In this document: positions 13,671 through 25,600 of the stretch, in pieces
Position numbering within the stretch: the stretch's first letter is position 1
How the letters are laid out: every line of letters starts with the position of its first letter
NCBI GenBank assembly: GCA_030704615.1
Contig: CM060731.1
Coordinates: forward strand, 59,334,001-59,398,000
Source: Takakia lepidozioides
Taxonomy: Eukaryota > Plantae > Bryophyta
Direction: 5' to 3'
DNA length: 64,000 nucleotides
The notes under the pieces: model-generated
Database searches by the model: none
The model's input: the letters and a program-made list of their open reading frames with translations, nothing else
What the model was told of the DNA's origin: nothing
Translations under genes and position numbers: made by a program

Positions 13671-14337
13671 GCAACGATCTTGGACTTAGGATTATTTTGG
13701 AGTTGAAAAAGTATATTAATCAATCCGATGCGCATCCAATCCAACCAATCAATGTGATTTTACTGCCACGATTTGTACCTCTGACCTCGTCTATGAAACA
13801 CACATCACCTAGCCGCCACGCTACCATCCACTTCTTGCATTGCACATGATTTCCTAATGCTTTAATCTACAACTAGGGCTTTGCGTTGCTCCGCACTACT
13901 AGCGACGAATTCTGAGAACTATGTTCAATTTTTCACAAAAATAGGGCTGGGTCATCCCCATGGTGTTACATGCAGAGATCCCGTGTTTTGTTTTTTTCTG
14001 GAAGAAAAATGGTGGATCTGCATTTCAACATTCAATTTTCACAAGCCGCATCAATCAATAACAACATACCCAAATACCCTTACATTCACTGTATGAACTT
14101 TCAATCATCCACCATGGGATTAGATCTTGGTGGGTTAAGGCTAGCTTTTGACAATATTCATGCAAGTTCATCAAGGGCTCCATCCAAAGCCACACCACGA
14201 GAAACAAACAAACATGTCCAAATTTAAGATGCTGAACAAACTTGTGCACAGGGCTGCCCCTCTCATCAAGCTCATTAAAATTCGTATTCACTTCCATCTT
14301 CAAGCTTTGGAGAAGCTCCACCACCCAAACCCAGAAT

Positions 14338-17120
14338 TATAGCAACACATAAGTCGGGGCATCCTATTCATCCCACTTGATGATAGATGTTGCCACACAT
14401 TCAGCCATCTCCACATTGCCATGGATTCTGCAGGCACCAAGCAAGGCCTTCCACACCACAACATCTGGATTGATTCGCATTTTATTAATCAAGTACCCTG
14501 CCTCATGTAGTTATCCCGCACGTCCAGAAGGTCCACCATATATGCAGCCAAAGTGCTTTACTGGCAGGGTGACACCATGATGTTGACTCAGGGAATCGAA
14601 GTAGCGTCTTCCTTCATTCAGTAGGCCAGTGTGGCTGCATGCAGAGAGAACACATATAAAGGTGATACTGTCCAGCTTCAAGCCATTCTTTTGCATTCCT
14701 TCAAATAGTTGCAGGACCTCCCTATGACAACCATGTTGGGCATATCTTGCGATCATCGGATTCCACGACACCACATTTCATTCAGCCACATTGTCAAATA
14801 CTCCCTCAATGCACCCACATTTCGCATACATGTCCACCAGGGCAGTGTCCAGAATGACATTTGGTACAATTCCAGCTTTTATGATGTCACCACGCACCCT
14901 TTGCCCTTTTCCAGGGCTGCCAGGCTTGCACAAGCATTGCAAACGCACACAAACGTGATGTGGTCGGACTTCACCCCTTACCCATCATTTGCTCATAGGT
15001 CTCCAAGGCCTCCATCCCGCGCCCCTCCTGTGCATATCCTGCAAGCATGGCATTCCATGACACCAAATCTCGTTCAGCCATATTGTTGAACACTTCATCC
15101 GCATCCTTGATGCACCCACATTTGGCATACATGTCCACGAGGGTATTGTTCAGAATCACATCTGGTACAATTCCAGCTTTGGTGATGCAACATAGTGGCG
15201 CCAAAGCTCAAGGCAATGCACCACCGCCTTCATTTTTTTTCTCATGTGTAGGCCACTGTCACACCTCTTTGCCCTTTTCCAGGGCTGCCAGGCTTGCACA
15301 CGAACTGCAAACGCACACAAACGTGATGTGGCTTCACCCCTTCCCCCATCATTTGCTCATAGGTCTCCAAAGCCTCTATCCCACGCCCCTGCTGTGCATA
15401 CCCCTACAAGCATCGCGTTTCACGACACCACATCTCGTTCAGCCATGGTGTTGAAATTAACTCCCTTCGCATCCTTAATGCACCCACATTTGGCATACCT
15501 GTCCACCAAGGCAGTGTTCAGGATGACATTAGGTACAATTCCAGCTTTGCCGATGTCACCACGGACCTCTTTCCCCTTTTCCAGAGCTCCCAGGCTTACA
15601 CACGCATTGCAAACACAAACAAATGTGATGTGGTTGGGCTTCGCCCCTTCGCACAACATTTGCTCCTAGGTCTCCAAAGCCTCCATCCCGCACCCTTGTT
15701 GTGCATATCCTGCAATCATCGCACTCCACGACACCACATCTCGTTCAGCCGTACTGTCGAACACTCCCTTCATACATGTCCACAAGGGTATTGTTCTGAA
15801 TGACATTTTGTACAATTGCAGGTCTGACAATGTACCCACATTTGGCATACCTGTCCACCAGGGCAGTGTTCAGAATGACATCTAGTACAATTCCAGCTTT
15901 GCCGATGTCACCACGGACCTCTTTCCCCTTTTCCAGAGCTCCCAGGCTTGCACACGCATTGCAAACACAAACAAATGTGATGTGGTTGGGCTTCGCCCCT
16001 TCGCGCAACATTTGCTCTTAGATCTCCAAAGAGTCCATCCCGCACCCTTGCTATGCATATCCTGCAATCATCGCACTCCACGACACAACATCTCGTTCAG
16101 CCATACTGTCGAACACTCCCTTCATACATGTCCACAAGGGTATTGTTCTAATTGACATTTTGTACAATTGCAGGTCTGGCAATGCACCCACATTTGGCAT
16201 ACCTGTCCACCAGGGCAGTGTTCAGAATGACATGTAGTACAATTCCAGCTTTGCCGATGTCACCACGGACCTCTTTGCCCTCTTCCAGGGCTGCCAGGCT
16301 TGCACAGGCATTGCAAACGGAAACATTGGGGTTCACCCCTTCCCCCATCATTTGCTCATAGGTGTCCAAAGCCTCCATCCCGCGCCCTTGTTGAGCATAC
16401 ACTGCAGTCATCGCACTCCACGACACCAAATCTCGTTCAGCCATACTGTCAAACACTCCCTCCGCATCTTAAGGGCACCCACATTTTGCATACATGTCCA
16501 CGAGGGTATTGTTGACAATCACATCTGGTACTATTCATGCTTTTGCGATGCAACCATGCACCTCTTTGCCCTTTTCCAGGGCTTCTAGGCTTGCAAACGC
16601 ATAGACGTGATGTGGTCGGGCTTCACCCCTTCCACCATCATTTGCTCATAGGTCTCCAAAGCCTCCATCCCGTGCCCCTGCTGTGCATACCCTGCAAGCA
16701 TCGCGTTCCACAACACCACATTTCATTCAGCTATATTGTTGAACACTGCCTTTGCATCCTCGATGCTCCCACATTTGGCATACATGTCCCACGAGGGCAT
16801 TGTTCAGAATGACATCGGATATAATTCCAGCCCTGACAATGTCGCCATGGGCCTCTTTGCCCTTTTCCACAGCTGCCAAGCTTGCACACACATTGCAAAC
16901 GCAAACGAACGTGATGTGGTTGGGCTTCACCCCTTCCCCCATCATTTGCTCCTAGGTCTTCAAAGCCTCCACCCCACGTCCCTGCTGTGCATACCCTACA
17001 AGCATCGCGCTCCACGACACCACATCTCCTTCAGCCTGCATATTGTTGAAAACTGCCTTTGCATCTTTAATGCACCCACATTTGGCATTTGGGTTCACCC
17101 CTTCGCGCATCATTTGCTCA
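14338..17120 (-). pseudogene. PLS-class PPR gene with E domain (RNA-editing factor type), heavily frameshifted
   Basis: Repeated P-L-S triplets, then ...ITFICVLSACSHTGLLNEGRRYFDSLSQHHGV and WKALLGACRIHGNVEMAE (E1); many stops and internal tandem duplications. Confidence 0.92.
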
Positions 17121-18180
17121 CTCGCCTGTACCTCTGTTTACCAACTTTGAAAGTCTCGAGTCTGAGCCAAACGCCCAGGCCCTTTTGGGGCCTAGTTATT
17201 GGGCAAACCACACACAACAGGTTGATGCTTGTGTAAAGGGATTTCTAGAGGGTCTGGAAAACCTGGATCAATTGTTTATTCCAAGGTAAGTCTTACTACG
17301 GGCGTCGGCCCCTGACAAAGGTAGGTTCTGTCTCTTTGTGTTCCGCCTCAAACTGGGCGCGGAGTCAATGGCCACAAGGCTACGGCTCGCTCCAGCAGAT
17401 ACCGGCCGGGCTGACGAGGGCCCGTATCCTGCACCAAAGTACGGCCCCGGGGGTGCGGATACCAGGGCCGGAGGGCTCAAGTACCGTTGTCGTGGCATTT
17501 AAGGTAGTTACACCCAAATATGAGCAGGTCTTGAAATGGACCCCTATTTTTGGGCCATAAGGTGGGTTCATACACCCCTTAAATGGAGACACTGCATTCA
17601 ATGGGCTAGATTGGATGCACTTATGGGCATCCTCCTCTATATGTAGATTTGTTTCGTGACCATACCCGTACATAATAGTATACGATGTGTAACTAGATTA
17701 GGGCTGCATCTTAATAAAGTTGAGGTTTTGGTGTACACACGTTCTTAACTTAATTAACGTTGTATGAAGGCCCAAGTTGGTCAGATTTGCGGCAGCGTAG
17801 CTACGGCATGAGCCCAGCCCCGTGAGCCTGGGAGCTGAGCTCACGCTTCAAGGAAGCGTGAGCGGCACAAATCTGTTGGAGAAACAGGTCCTATAGGCGA
17901 GGATTGCAAGAAGAGGGCCTATTACCGTGGACAAAACAAAGGGGGCCACCATGCACCATGTCTGTAATGCCTGCACAAAAAGAGGAATATGAAAATATGG
18001 CAGAATTGAGCTCAGAATGATTGACACACTTTATTTCAATTCACAGATAGACGCTTACAATGAATGGCATGTGCATTTGCCCTGGTTCCGTGAACGAAAT
18101 GTATGTGTTTGTCCTAAATGCAAAGTCTTCACACGGTAACCTGGAAACCGTCGTGGGAAGCGGGCATGGCTCGTATGTGT

Positions 18181-21100
18181 TCAAAGAGAATTTGGCGGAG
18201 CCCTACGTAAGGTGTCCCGCTGCAGAAGGGTGATGACTTCTCCGTAGCCTAGTGTGGCTTGGTGAATGAATTGGTCTCTCTTACCGTCGCAACACATAAT
18301 TACAAGGTATATGTAATATTGATGCTTGCAGGGGACCCACTTCCCTCTCATGCCGAGAGCGTCCTCACGCATTGTTACAAAATCCGGACAAGTGCAAGTA
18401 GGGAAATTCCCCACGGTAACCTGATATTCTTTGCCATGAAGAATTGAGCCAATAGACAACACTATGTAAATCCGTCCATACCCCGGGGCAGGGACTTCGG
18501 TGATACGAGCCACCCGAGCTTGCAAAATTCTAGCCGATTCCATCTTGCATTCGTGATCTGCACCCGAAGCGACACGGCGCACTGTTTTTCCATCTCTTTT
18601 TGTTGGGTGGGAGTCGGCACCGGGTGGAGGCATTGCCGAAGCATGTGGCACATCTGTGCCGACAGTGCACAAGGGCACCACCCGGGATCGTGCAAGACAA
18701 AACCCTCCCTCCTCCAGCATGCTTATCTCGGTTGTTGATAGCGACGTCCCAAGTTTCACAGGCCAAATTGCGGGGGGAGGGGGTTTCATTATCACCGAAG
18801 GACGAACTGTTCCCTTGACGCATCGTGCCATATCGTCTGGGTAGAACCAGAACTTGTGGTCCTTTGACTCCCTACTATGATAAGGTCGGAACAACCCTGT
18901 GAATGTTGGAGCTGGAGTCCCCCTGGAGCCTTTGCATATTTTTTATTTGCATTTCTTGAAAGAGGGGGTCCGAATTGCCATGCAAGCAACTCTAGATCCT
19001 GGTGGGGTGCATTCTATATGCCACTCACTATCAATGCAATCAGATTCCTGCACCATGGCCACCACCTCCTCCAATGGGATTCCTGATGCTGTGCTTGCAT
19101 GTTCTGCACCTGCTCCACTGGAGGAGGACCCACCTGGGAAGGGGCTGGCACATGACTTAGTCTGCACTGGAGACACCTTTGGCACAGAGAAATTGACCCT
19201 GTCTGGGCGATAGGAATCTCCATCTGACCCTGGAAGAGTGTTCAATTTCCTTTTGCATGATCCAAATCTTTCCTCGCCTTCCAAATGAGGGAGCCTGGAT
19301 TGCAAAGGGGAGCCTTCAGTGCACCTGTTCAGAGCTCTGGCCATCTTCGATGGGTCTCCGGACCTAGTCGCAGCCCTTAGCATCAACAAAGTTGTACCGG
19401 GGCCCTTGCCTCCACCCCGTCCCATCAGAAAATTGCGGTACCTGGTTTATTGTGTAAGTGCCCGCACCATGTCATCAGCAGTGGCCACATACAAGTCACG
19501 ACCTGCTTTGGTAGATTGCTGCATCCAGGCGTTGTGAACAGTCTCCGCCAAATTACAGGATGGCATGTCGGCCAAGTCCTCCAAGGACATGTCCTGTAGG
19601 AGGCATTGCATGGAAATGTGAGGAACGAAAGGAAATGGAAGAGGTTCTACAAGCGACAATCCAAGAACCCCAAATGAAGAGGCATGATGCAAAATTTGTG
19701 ATTTTGGGATTCAAGAGGCTTACCGCCGTCATGAAAGCTCCCCACTGTCTATATCTGAAGTGCCAGAAAACCAACCAGTCCTCCAACTCCTTCAGGTGGA
19801 TACCAGTAGCAGCACCAGATGAGAACCACCAAGCCCGGATCGCTTGGTAAGTGCTCTCAGCTTCTCCCATTGAGGTGGCATTTTTGTACTTGAGACAGAG
19901 CCTTCTGTGCTCCAACTGAAGGTTAAGGCGAATGCAGCGCTTTGTATGACGTGCCAGAGATTGACTCCAATGGAAGAGGCATGTGCGCTCCTTATTTTCC
20001 ATTGGGACCTTAGGATCCCCCAAACCAAACACGCGCCGCACTGCATTGAAATTTGCCTGTGCACTATCAGCCATGAAGCCCGCAAAATTTGTGTTATGTA
20101 CTCCATTGAGCTGCATGACGGCCAGGAGCGAATTCCACATGAGCATCTGGGATTCAGTGTCCTCCGACTACATATCACAAATTGCTATTGAGAGCACACG
20201 CTGGTACGCTGGATCATACACATGGCACGCCATGGTTGTCCAACCCTTCACTCGTTTGCAGTGATCAAACATCAACCAACATTTAGCCAAATCTCCTCCA
20301 GGTTGCATTCGGCGGACAATGCTCACACCACTGCCTTCGCCCACAGCGGACATCTTGAACAAATACACCTTGGACGAGCCCTAGCCAGGGAAGATACTGT
20401 TTTGAATGAATTCATAGCGACTTCTCCGTTTGAGGTCCATAATGTTGTCCATGAATCCAGCAGTGCCTGTGCCGACTCTGAGTGCATTCACCTGGTTTCG
20501 AATATTGGGAGAGCTCAACACGGAGAAATGGTCCATCACTGCATCAAGCGAATCTGCATCCAGCATTGGTTGTGTCGAATCCCCTTCACCCAGTATGTGT
20601 TTTTCCAGGAAAGCCTTGCTAGCTGCAAACGCTATAGCAGAAGGTGTTGCACAAGGGGCATTGTGGAACTCCTGCTTCAGCAGATTTCTAACGATGTCCA
20701 CGCTATCCCTGCAACTTCCTTTGGACACAGGATGCTCGTGTGCACCCATATGAATGCAGGCACGAGTCATTGTCTTACATCGGTGTGCCACCTGGTACAT
20801 ACGAGCGTGGCACACAGAAACACAGGACGGGGAAAGTTTGCAGAACCTGCACACAAAAGTATTGGTCTTGGGAGGGGCAAGTCCTGGGGTGAAAGGATTC
20901 AGGGGCACACCTTCCCACTCACTTTCGTTTGGTTGAGCGCTGTTTTTCAGGCAAGGGCAAGAAATATTCAGGCACTTGCAATGCCCAACGCAAACCGACC
21001 TTCGAAATTTCAATCCAATGTCGTTGTGGATGTTTGACATTTTTGTCCTGCACCAAGGGTGTCCGTCATGTTTCTTGTCCATGCCCTGCAGAAGCCCAGC

Positions 21101-21735
21101 CAGTCCATTGGAAGACGTGGGAGGGTTGAGCTCAAACAAGATGTCCCCATCAAACTCTGCTGGCACGTATTGAACCCGCTGCACACGAAGGGACTCCCAA
21201 TCAACAAAACGCAGCTCGCTCTTGCACCCAGGCACCCCTGCGAGGGCTTTCAATTTTGGAATGACACTCGTTATCTCTTGCAATTCGGATTCATCCAAGA
21301 ATGGAGTCTGCACTGATAGAGGAATCTCTGAAACATCCTCCGAGGACGAGTCTGAAAAGTCATGAATGTGCTCACCTCTTGTTTCACATGAACTGTGCCC
21401 TTTTGCTGCACGACCGATGCTGCAGTTCCAGGGGTAGTGACTGATCCTGCTGATTGTCTTCTCTCTTTTCCAAGGACACGGTATGTGCCTGGAAGGACTC
21501 TCCACTTCCTTCCACACTCGCCAACCAATGGTTTCTCCAAGTGTCCAGAATCCAAATTCCCATCCTCGTCATACACCTCTTTTTGAACAAGCAGAGAACC
21601 CAATTCCAGTGGGAACACTGTAACCAGCTCATCCTCATGAACAACTGCAAACCCATCGTCGTCTGCAGTGGCAATCAGTGGAAGACTACCTGCATTGGAA
21701 TGAAATCGGGCGAGTCTATCTCGCTCCCTCGACAT
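18181..21735 (-). pseudogene. MULE-type DDE transposase with Cys/His-rich (GCM/WRKY-like) N-terminal domain and C-terminal SWIM zinc finger
   Basis: WLMFDH...; FMADSAQANFNAVRRVF...CLFHW (D and CxxH); CNLAETVHNAW (E); SWIM YQVTVGNFPTCTCPDF...PCKHQYY; split by in-frame stops (20381, 20168, 19447), frameshifts and a probable short intron near 19590-19720. Confidence 0.9.
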
Positions 21736-22698
21736 GTTTTCCTACGTTGACCGAAAGTTGCGATTCAGAATGGAATCCCTGAACTGACAGCCCGCAATTC
21801 TCGAAAGGGGATCCACCACAAAAAAATTGAGGTCAACAAGGGTAGCACTAACCCAAAGGCTACGGGCGATGCATCAAAAGGATGTAGGAATGACATGCAC
21901 TGAACTTCGCAGACAACCACGCTGAGAGACACCAACTAGAAAAATTGTTTTCAAATACAAGAAGCCACAAGAAGCCGTGCTGTTTTTGGATGCAAAACAA
22001 ACCCTGAACATGACATGAAACCATTCTTTCTGGAAAGACGGCAACAACCCTGGAGAGCAGTAAACAGGAAGACCCCGAATGTAATGAGGTTGTGCCGTGC
22101 CAGAAGAGCACAACAGAAACACTGACACTCCAAGAGTCACCTCGCACGGATGTGTGCAACACAAGATCATTTCCGACACAACCCTTTATACCGAATGACC
22201 CCATGGCGACGATGACGGCAAAATGCAAAGCACAGGGTAGGTAGTACGACACACGTGGATGCATATGTGAAGCACAACATTTATGGCGAATCTGCAAGAA
22301 CTGCTCCAAATTGAACTAGCATTAGATTTCTACGGCACTTCCGAATTTGAAACAATGCAAGAAGGCCGCCATGTATTGGCAGGCGTCGAAGTACATCTGA
22401 CATATATCACAAGTACATGCAACGGATGTACATATTTTCTAGCACTTTATTTCTTGAATAATACAAAGACGCCGAAATGGATGAATTCCGTTCGCACACA
22501 ATAACAACACCCGCATCCAAATACGGTTGACAATGTCCAATTTTGATTTTGGTTACATGCAATAGCAACCCTTGTTGCAAACGTCAAACTGGAGAGCTCT
22601 AGAGGCATCGTGGGGAGCCCTTGTTTCCAGCGGAGGAGGAAGAGAAGGAAGTCATTATACTTCACGAGCTCTAGAAACAGGAATAGAGCCAGATATAG

Positions 22699-25600
22699 AA
22701 TGAGGATGGAAAGAGTGGCCGAAGAGGAAAAGGCGGAAGAAGAGGGCAAAGAGGAAAGTATGGCGATGGAAGAGCAGGAATCCGGAGAAGAACAGCAGCC
22801 ATAGTTCCAAGAACAGATGAGGAGGACACTGCATCCGAGGGAGAGGCAGACGCCGAAGATGATGTTGATGCTGGCCTCACGAAGAACCTCATAGTGGAAG
22901 AGAGGATGGGGGAGATGCTCCAGAACATGCGATGCGTGGAGAGCAGTCCGAAGCGCAAAGGGTCCCCGGCGATTGGGGAGTCTTCTAGAGCAGCCAAAAA
23001 AAAAGTACAATCTTTGAAACCCACCTTTGTGCTTCATTGCTGATGTGAACCCAAGTTGAGATTCTATTTCGATATGAACATAGTCTACACACGGCATCTC
23101 TGCCAGGTTGCATCAACCGCGAACAAGAAGCTCAAACAGTGTGCGTTGACGCACACTGTTTGAGCCTTCCATTTTGCTTGCTTGTTGATGTGCCAAACGG
23201 CCAAATTGGGGAACTAGGGCAAGTTCAATCCACCACGAATTGGAAGCTCAAACAGTGTGCGTTGACGCACACTGTTTGAGACCCGCATTTTACTTGGTTG
23301 ATGGTGTACAAAACGGCCAGATAGGGCCACTATGCCCGGTTCAATCCTCCACTATTTGGAAGCTCAACGCACACTGTTTGAGCCCCCCTTATCATTGTTC
23401 TTCTCACAAAAAAATTACCCAGCCAGGGTATCTCTTTGAGGTTCAATCATCAATTTCCTGGTAGCTCCAGCAGTATGCGTCAACGCACACTGTTTGAGCT
23501 CACCTTGTCATTGTTTTTTTCGTTTCAGAATCGGCCACACAGGGCGTGTCTCTGAGGATCAATGAACACTTACCTGGTAGCTCAAAAAGTGTGCGTTGGC
23601 GCACACTGTTTGAGCCCACCTTCTCATTGATTTTTCATCTGAAAATTGGCCACAAACGGCATGTATTTGAGGATCAATCATCACTTACATGGCAGCTCAA
23701 ACAGTGTGCGTCAACGCACACTGTTTGAGCTCACCTTGTCATTGCCTTTTTCGTTTGGAAATCGGCCACATAGGGCATGTCTCTGAGGATCAATGAACAC
23801 TTATCTGGCAGCTCAAACAGTGTGCATTGGCGCACACTGTTTGAGCTCACATTCTCATTATTTTATCATCTGAGAAAAGGCCACAAAGGGCATGTATTTG
23901 AGGATCAATCATCACATTTCTGGCAGCTCAAACAGTGTGCGTCAACGCACACTGTTTGAGCTCACCTTGTCATTGTCTTTGTCATCTGAAAATCGGCCAC
24001 ATAAGGTATGTATTTGAGGATCAATCATCACTTACCTGGCAGCTCAAACAGTGTGCGTCAACGCACACTGTTTGAGCCCACCTTGTCACTGTTTTTTTCC
24101 TGTGAAATTCGGCAATACAGGGCATGTCTCTGAGGATCAATGAACACTTACCTGGCAGCTCAAACAGTGTGCGTCAACGCACACTGTTTGAGCTCACCTT
24201 TTCTTTGTTTTTTTCATCTGAAAATCGGCCACTAAGGGCTTGTCTTTGAGGTTCAATGAACACTTACCTGGCAGCTCAAACAATGTGCGTCAACGCACAC
24301 TGTTTGAGCCCACCTTGTCATTGTTTTTTTCTTGTGAAATTCGGCATCATGGGGCATGTCTTTGAGGTTCAATGCACACTTACCAGGCAGCTCAAACAGT
24401 GTGCATCAACGCACACTATTTGAGCCCACCTTGTCATTGCTTTTTTTCATTTGAATAGGGCCAAATATCATGTTCAAAACACTTGAATTTGGAAGTTGAA
24501 ACATTGTGCGGCAATGCACGGTGTTTTCGGCCCCCACAATGCTTGTTTTCTGGTGCGAAATTTGGCCACACATGGCCTGTCTTCCATGCTCAAACACCAT
24601 CGTTTCATGCCTCACTCTTATATCAATTTGAATGAACAACCCTGCAGGAGAAGATGCAAAGTGTGGCGGAGAAGATCCCTTCGGGGCAGGGGAAGGAGAT
24701 CATTGCTGATGTGGACGATGAGTTCTATGAAAGCAAAGCCGCTGAGATGCTGGGGGGTCAGAAGGTAAACTCTCAGCTTGTGGTGCAAAGTATGCTTGCC
24801 CCGGGTGGGAGGTTGAAGATTCCCCTGTGTAGGATGGTTTCCATGCCCGTCGTTCGTCCACCCCTCATCAAGGACATTCTCAAGCTGGAGGCCGAGTTTG
24901 TTCATGGGTATTTGGATGGATCCGCAGTGTTTTACGTTTGTACTAGGGATTCCAGAGGCAATGAGCTCCTTGTGGATGAGTCAATCGTGGACTCCTGGGA
25001 TCCCATTTGGAGACAGGTGAACGAATCCTTCGAACTTCTTCTCTCCAGGAAACCTTCCACCCAGGCATTCTCAGGGAAGATGTTTCACGTTTGGGATGGG
25101 AACCACCGGTTGCTTGCATGGATGGCTGTCATTGGGAGGCTGCACTCACAGGAGGAAGAGTGGCATTACTCTGTTCGATCGATGGTGCTGGATTGTGAGG
25201 AGAACATGATGGGTCTTCTGACGGCAATGAATGATGTGAACAGGTTGGTTTCTCATTCTACATGTTCCACTTGTAGTTCCGTGGTTCTTTGATTAAAGTC
25301 CTCGAATTTCATTCTGACTTTCAGATATCATTCTGCAGAGGGACGGAGACATCGCATGTCAAAACGAGTCTGGTTCACACACTGTATAGGATACAAAGGA
25401 TCGGGCAGATGCCCTTGACCAACTTCAAGACCATCCTTTCAGCAGAGACGTACAAGAAGTGCGAAAGCTCCAAGACATCGGAAACGTGGTACTCGTTGAC
25501 ACGTGAGGCTTTCATGGAGTACATGTACATGGTGAGATACATCTTCCTTCATCTGCCCTTTCCATATTCCTGCTTCCACATGTTTGTTTCTGTTTGTTTC

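Noticed and set aside
13089-13744. Pro/Leu-rich ORFs up to 204 aa
   Set aside because: Produced by the G-rich minisatellite
14055-14324. DYW deaminase remnant after the E domain (HEYCQKLAL resembles HSEKLAL)
   Set aside because: No PG box, no CxxC and no terminal tripeptide; the resemblance is too short to support, though an HMM check would be cheap
20222-21037. 271-aa plus-strand ORF
   Set aside because: Antisense shadow of the transposase. The many ORFs opposite PPR repeats (for example 8..214 and 11353..11811) and 22447..23097 are also shadows
18181-21735. KDZ/Zisupton transposase or host SWIM/FAR1 gene
   Set aside because: D..CxxH..E motifs, 9-10 bp TSDs and multiple copies fit a mobile MULE
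23130-24425. CRISPR array (36-bp palindromic repeats at a regular period)
   Set aside because: The 80-bp spacers are homologous to each other, there are no cas genes and the context is eukaryotic; it is a tandem repeat. The same applies to 36287-37174
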